The translations under genes were made by a program, and so were the position numbers. From assembly GCA_944389175.1 (NCBI GenBank), contig CALXLK010000005.1, positions 10,848 through 74,847 on the forward strand: a DNA stretch of 64,000 nucleotides. Reading direction: 5' to 3'. Of the stretch, positions 60,229 through 64,000 are shown one piece after another. The notes beneath the pieces are model-generated. The model was not told the origin of the DNA. It searched no databases and worked only from the letters and a program-made list of their open reading frames with translations. Numbering within the stretch: position 1 is the stretch's first letter; each line of letters opens with the position of its first letter. The DNA comes from an uncultured Opitutales bacterium (lineage in GTDB: Bacteria; Verrucomicrobiota; Verrucomicrobiia; Opitutales; Intestinicryptomonadaceae).

Positions 60229-61166
60229 GTACTTTGAAGGAAAAGATAATCGAAGAAATCAAGAGTGCCGGTGCGGACATAGCCGTATTTGGCAATGCCG
60301 ACCGCTTTCGCGACAAGAACGTGAAGTTTTTGTCGCCGAATGCCAAGACGGTTATCTGCATAGCCGCGCGTTCGCTCAGAGGCAGCCGCAGGGGTGTCGA
60401 GGAGGGCACGTCGTACCACCACTTCACGACGGTCGGCCTGGAAACGCTCGAGGAGACGATTCTGCCCATGGCGCTTATGAGGGTCTGCAACGTGCTTGAA
60501 GACGCCGGCTTTGAGGCTCTTCCCCAGCGCAGGAACCAGCTTGTAATGTCGGAGGACGACAGCACGAACCCCGAGGTCAGCTACAAAAAGATCTACCGCG
60601 GGAAGAAGGCCGAGCACACGCTCGACTTTGAAGAGTGCGCAGTCGACGCCGGGCTTGGCGAGCGCGGCCTGCACGGGACGATTCTCACCGACGAATACGG
60701 CCCGTTCCAGCGCTATGCCTTTGTAATAACAGATGCGGAAATAGAGCCCGATCCCGTGGTGAAGCCCCACTTGTGCGACAAGTGCGGGGAGTGCGTCAAA
60801 GCCTGCCCCGGACACGCCATCGCCGAAGACGGCACGCTCAACCGCTGGCAGTGCGCCGCCTACTACGTCGGCGCAAACGGCACGAAGAACCCCTTCATGC
60901 CCGACTACGCCTTCGAGAACGAGCCCGACCGCATGGATATCATTCACGGCAAGGTCTCTCTGACGCCCGAGCGCGCCAGAGAGATCATCGACCAGGTGAA
61001 CTTCTATCCGCCCATACGCCACGCGTATTGCTCGAGCATATGCGGCAAAGCCTGCGACACGGCCTGCTACATTCACCTCGAGAAGAAGGGCGTTTTGTCC
61101 AAGAAGTTTGAAACGCCTTTCAGGAAACGTCCTGAATGGTTTATTCCCTTCGAAGACAAGAAATAG
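60225..61166 (+). CDS. QueG/reductive-dehalogenase-superfamily-like Fe-S protein, paralog 3 (313 aa)
   Basis: IIEEIKSAGADIAVFGN, DAGLGERGLHGTILTDEYGPFQRYAFVITDAEIEPDP, LCDKCGECVKACPGHAIAEDGTLNRWQCAAYY, and the distal cluster CSSICGKACDTACY. 4-nt ATGA overlap with paralog 2. Confidence 0.78.
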   Translation: MSTLKEKIIEEIKSAGADIAVFGNADRFRDKNVKFLSPNAKTVICIAARSLRGSRRGVEEGTSYHHFTTVGLETLEETILPMALMRVCNVLEDAGFEALPQRRNQLVMSEDDSTNPEVSYKKIYRGKKAEHTLDFEECAVDAGLGERGLHGTILTDEYGPFQRYAFVITDAEIEPDPVVKPHLCDKCGECVKACPGHAIAEDGTLNRWQCAAYYVGANGTKNPFMPDYAFENEPDRMDIIHGKVSLTPERAREIIDQVNFYPPIRHAYCSSICGKACDTACYIHLEKKGVLSKKFETPFRKRPEWFIPFEDKK

Positions 61167-61176
61167 CATAAATTGC

Positions 61177-61216
61177 AGGACGCCGCGCGGCATTATTGTG
61201 CGGCGTCCTTTATTTT
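61177..61216 (+). terminator. strong intrinsic terminator after the third Fe-S paralog
   Basis: Perfect 10-bp stem AGGACGCCGC/GCGGCGTCCT with a 13-nt loop, followed by TTATTTT. Confidence 0.8.
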
Positions 61217-61273
61217 GATTTGGCAAATTTCACATCGTAGCGCATACGCATATTACACCGACGAAAGGAAGAA

Positions 61274-62587
61274 ATGGACGATTTAACTAACTTCGCAAGC
61301 ACACTTAGCAGCGCGCAGAGAAAGAAGTACCGAATCTTGGCGTACGCCTCAACATGGTTCGGCAATTTCTCCGACGTGATGATAGACAGCAGCGCCATAC
61401 TCATTCTATACTTTACCATGCTTGGCAGTTCGAGCTCGATGGTGATGCTGACGACGAGCTTAACGGGATTGACGTCCATGTTTCTTTTTATCCCGTCGGC
61501 GGGAATAGTAAACAAGTTCGGGCCGAAAAAGGTTATAGAATACTCGTGTTATTTAGGCACGATTTCGCTCTTGTTTGTGGCCGTAAGCCCGTTTTTTGGC
61601 GAGACGCTAGACCAATACATAGCGTTTGCCGGCTGCCTGTTCTACTGTATTTCCAAGGCAATCTGGCCGCCAGCTTGGTATCCGATTCTCAACAGCATAC
61701 TCCTGCCTAAAGAGCGCGCCGGCTTTTTCGGTTTTCTCAGGTTCAGCTACTTTATTCTGACTGGTTCAGTGTTTTGGCTTATCGGCCACTTCATGGGAGA
61801 GAAACCGCCAGTATGGTTTCTTCAGCTAGTAATCGGCATAATAGGCGTCATGGTAATGGGCAGGCACTTCTGCCTGGTAAGAATCCCGTTGCCTGAAATA
61901 AAATCGGAATCGACGAATATAAAAGAGTCGCTCATTGCGACAATAAAAAATTCGTCGCTTGTGGGCTTTTCGGTGTATATATGCATTCTGCTGTTTGCGT
62001 TTTCGCCGGTGCTGCCGTTGGCTCTAAAATACTTAAAAAGCGGCCTGAATTTGGGCGACGGCTTCGTGCAGGAAGTTTCGGCTTTCGGCATTGCCGGCAT
62101 GGTATTGGGCTATCTTTTGTACAGCACTATTTTAAGGCTCATCGGAATGAGAGCCCTTCAGCTGTCCGTCCACGCGCTTTACTTTGTCGTGCCGGTCGGA
62201 ATTTTCTTCTTTGGCGCAAACCATATAGCGGTGACCCTGCTGTACTTCGTGGGAAGTTTCGCGTATGCATGCTTCTGGTGCATGATGTCGCAGGAAATTT
62301 TGGCGCTGGCAAATCCCAAAAGCTTCGCGATGGGAAGCGCCTTTGTCCAAACATACCAGATGATAGGCATGGGGCTAGGCCGCGTTGCCTCGTCTGTCCT
62401 GCTATGCGGAATGCTCGCGGTTACATGGGACTGGAAAGTAGATTTGGGCTTTATTGACATTACACTTACCATCAGCCAGTACCAAACAATATTCCTTTTC
62501 TGCGGCGCGATGAGCCTGCTTTCGGCCATATTTATAGTATGCCTGCCAAGCATCGTCCCGCAGCACGACGATTACTACAACCCGTAA
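61274..62587 (+). CDS. MFS-type permease (GPH/MelB-like), 12 predicted TM
   Basis: 437 aa, hydrophobic throughout with about 12 helices. A PKERAGFFGFLRF loop follows TM4-5, as in MFS/GPH symporters. GGAAG RBS. Confidence 0.82.
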   Translation: MDDLTNFASTLSSAQRKKYRILAYASTWFGNFSDVMIDSSAILILYFTMLGSSSSMVMLTTSLTGLTSMFLFIPSAGIVNKFGPKKVIEYSCYLGTISLLFVAVSPFFGETLDQYIAFAGCLFYCISKAIWPPAWYPILNSILLPKERAGFFGFLRFSYFILTGSVFWLIGHFMGEKPPVWFLQLVIGIIGVMVMGRHFCLVRIPLPEIKSESTNIKESLIATIKNSSLVGFSVYICILLFAFSPVLPLALKYLKSGLNLGDGFVQEVSAFGIAGMVLGYLLYSTILRLIGMRALQLSVHALYFVVPVGIFFFGANHIAVTLLYFVGSFAYACFWCMMSQEILALANPKSFAMGSAFVQTYQMIGMGLGRVASSVLLCGMLAVTWDWKVDLGFIDITLTISQYQTIFLFCGAMSLLSAIFIVCLPSIVPQHDDYYNP

Positions 62588-62605
62588 AAACATTTAACAA
62601 AAAAA

Positions 62606-62643
62606 CGGCAAGCGTACATATATGCGCCTTGCCGTTTTTTTTT
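62606..62643 (+). terminator. intrinsic terminator after the MFS gene
   Basis: CGGCAAG...CTTGCCG stem followed by T9. Confidence 0.8.
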
Positions 62644-63137
62644 GCGCCCGAAACCAAAACGCAAGGCGCAAAACCTGATGGGCCTAGAACCATTGAAGGC
62701 CTAAGAATGGCGCGCCGCGCTTCAACAAAGAATATTGATCCATCCGCATTGCCCTCTCCTCTTTAACAACGAGCATTGTTCCATCCACGTCGCGTTAATA
62801 CAGATGGAAACTTCCAAGCTCACGCAAACGAAATAAAGGCAACATACAAGCTATTTTGCCCAAACTGCTTGAGGTCGTCGGCAATTTTTGCGGCGATAAT
62901 TGGGGCGATTTGCAATTAACGCGCGCCTAATGACGTTGTCTCCAAACCTGCCACGCCGCAGGCCAAGGGCCGCGCCTTCTTTACAAAACCGCCACAGCGG
63001 CGTTTTCTTGAAAAAACTTAGCCAAACAAAAGTCGGGCTGGCTAAAATTTTAACTAAACCTACAAGACTCCCGTAGCCTCCATACATCAATTTATTAGAG
63101 CAAGACACGCATAAACATAATCCCATTATGAAAAAAT

Positions 63138-63320
63138 GGCGGCGGCGCGGCACACATGTATGTACATGGGGGGGGGAGAGAGAGAAAAATTTATTTTTTA
63201 CGTGTAAAACGTATGTTAAAAAAGTGTTATAAAAAGAAATAGAGAAATGTGAATAAAGAAGCAGCAAGGCCAAAAGCACCGATTTCTCCTTGCACGCCAC
63301 CATGCATTGCAGGCAAGCAA
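63138..63320. repeat. purine-rich intergenic repeat family, copy D
   Basis: GGCGGCGGCGCGGCACACATGTATGTACATG, then G9 (63168-63176), (AG)4 (63177-63184) and an A-rich tract. About 100 nt later comes CTCCTTGCACGCCACCATGCATTGCAGGCAAGC. Collinear with copies B and C. Confidence 0.6.
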
Positions 63321-63408
63321 TAAACAAGCCCAAAAGCGAATCTGCATTTCTAAAGGCGCCGTATAATATCGCTTTTCCCCTCCCCGAACGGCGACCCTCC
63401 CCCGGCAC

Positions 63409-63434
63409 AAAAAAAGCGCCGCTTTTGCGGCGCC
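63409..63434 (-). terminator. intrinsic terminator downstream of the last minus-strand gene
   Basis: Minus strand reads GCGCCGC-AAAA-GCGGCGC followed by T7. Confidence 0.75.
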
Positions 63435-63439
63435 TAAAA

Positions 63440-64000
63440 TCAATCGCGAACGGCCTTTAAGCCTCTCAAGAGTCTCGTTCTTCCGCCGTTGTTTGCGGAA
63501 CAGAAAGCGCGGATACCCTTCATTTCGTCCTGGTTTATTTTTTCATCTTTTCCCTTAAAGACAATCATATTGACGACCGGAGGCTTTAGGTTGCGGTCAT
63601 AATATATCTCTTTCAACAAATTTTTGTGGTAGAAATTAAAGATGCCCTTGGCCCCGTAAGACTTGTAGCGCACCACCGGAGCCTTAACTTTAATAGCCGG
63701 CGGTTTTTCACCCTCATACTTGGGGATAAGTTTCTGCTCGTGCGCGGCGTCCTGCGGAGTGCCGACGTACAATGGAATGCCTTTCGCGGCTCTTTCCTTG
63801 TTTGTATTGCGAACCCAGTCGCGGCCTTTCTTTATGCCCTCGGCGTAGAGCTTCCGAGTCTTAAAAAGATATAACGCCTGGTCTTCGAGAGTCCATTTGG
63901 CGGCCTTGCGCGCCTTTTCTACATCGTTCTGGTATTTCTCGTTGCGCTTCTGCAGGGAGATAATCTGGGCGTCGGTAATGGGCTGCTGCACTCTGTCAGG
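63440..64000 (-). CDS. hypothetical Lys-rich protein; N-terminus possibly outside the window
   Basis: The open frame continues to the window edge with no stop upstream of the GTG at 63991. No recognisable motif. A good terminator lies downstream. Confidence 0.5.
   Translation of the reverse strand, partial: PDRVQQPITDAQIISLQKRNEKYQNDVEKARKAAKWTLEDQALYLFKTRKLYAEGIKKGRDWVRNTNKERAAKGIPLYVGTPQDAAHEQKLIPKYEGEKPPAIKVKAPVVRYKSYGAKGIFNFYHKNLLKEIYYDRNLKPPVVNMIVFKGKDEKINQDEMKGIRAFCSANNGGRTRLLRGLKAVRD

Noticed and set aside
59251-61226. Two long minus-strand ORFs (317 and 343 aa) antisense to the QueG/RdhA-like paralogs
   Set aside because: Same shadow-ORF signature: V/A/G/R/L-rich, no motifs, no RBS. 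The plus-strand genes carry conserved Fe-S motifs and AGGAGG ribosome-binding sites. There is no evidence for overlapping coding.
62851-63408. 185-aa ORF in gap D, plus the gap ORFs at 38785-39039, 39236-39433, 52896-53337, 16503-16700 and 16860-17153
   Set aside because: The translations are Cys/Arg/Phe/Leu-rich and read straight through homopolymer and microsatellite tracts (for example SLSPPHVHTCVP from the C9/(CT)n strand). Similarity between them is explained by the DNA repeat and is not maintained in one reading frame. There is no RBS.

Overview
Gene-dense chromosomal segment, moderately GC-rich by eye, with about 60 protein genes. It looks like an anaerobic, glycan-degrading, propionate-forming bacterium. 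An orphan GspG-type pseudopilin, GH127, a CE7 esterase, Tat-type FAD oxidoreductases, a b558-type fumarate reductase and a Na+-pumping methylmalonyl-CoA decarboxylase point to a PVC-superphylum-like lineage, but that is inference from gene content only.

Most of the window is housekeeping:
- hemB (partial), cysS, ispH, nadA, lysS and lolCDE-like genes
- the mce-mmdADCB-scpC propionate operon and frd/sdhCAB
- uppS-cdsA-dxr-rseP-ispG, then gyrB-gyrA
- an 11-kb minus-strand array of 14 translationally coupled genes: pepP, a PDZ protein, a TonB2/Ttp-type six-gene module, folP-folB-folK, rsmI, ppx-like, nucleoside hydrolase
- mnmE and ribE

I saw no rRNA, tRNA, CRISPR, transposase, integrase, phage or recognisable defence genes. 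One ncRNA, invisible to an ORF track, is called: a 4.5S-type SRP RNA at about 27060-27160.

The items most worth a second look are:
1. An orphan redox locus at 57.0-62.6 kb. It holds a U32-peptidase-like Fe-S protein, three tandem QueG/reductive-dehalogenase-like Fe-S paralogs and an adjacent MFS permease, and sits next to a Tat-exported FAD oxidoreductase that has a paralog at 17 kb.
2. A degenerate, purine-rich intergenic repeat family, with G9 and (GA)n tracts in two copies. It is found only in unusually long ORF-free gaps between convergent genes.
3. A roughly 90-aa-longer, split lipoyl-like loop insertion in the Na+-pump beta subunit MmdB.

Several ORF-track starts are over-extended and are corrected in the feature list.
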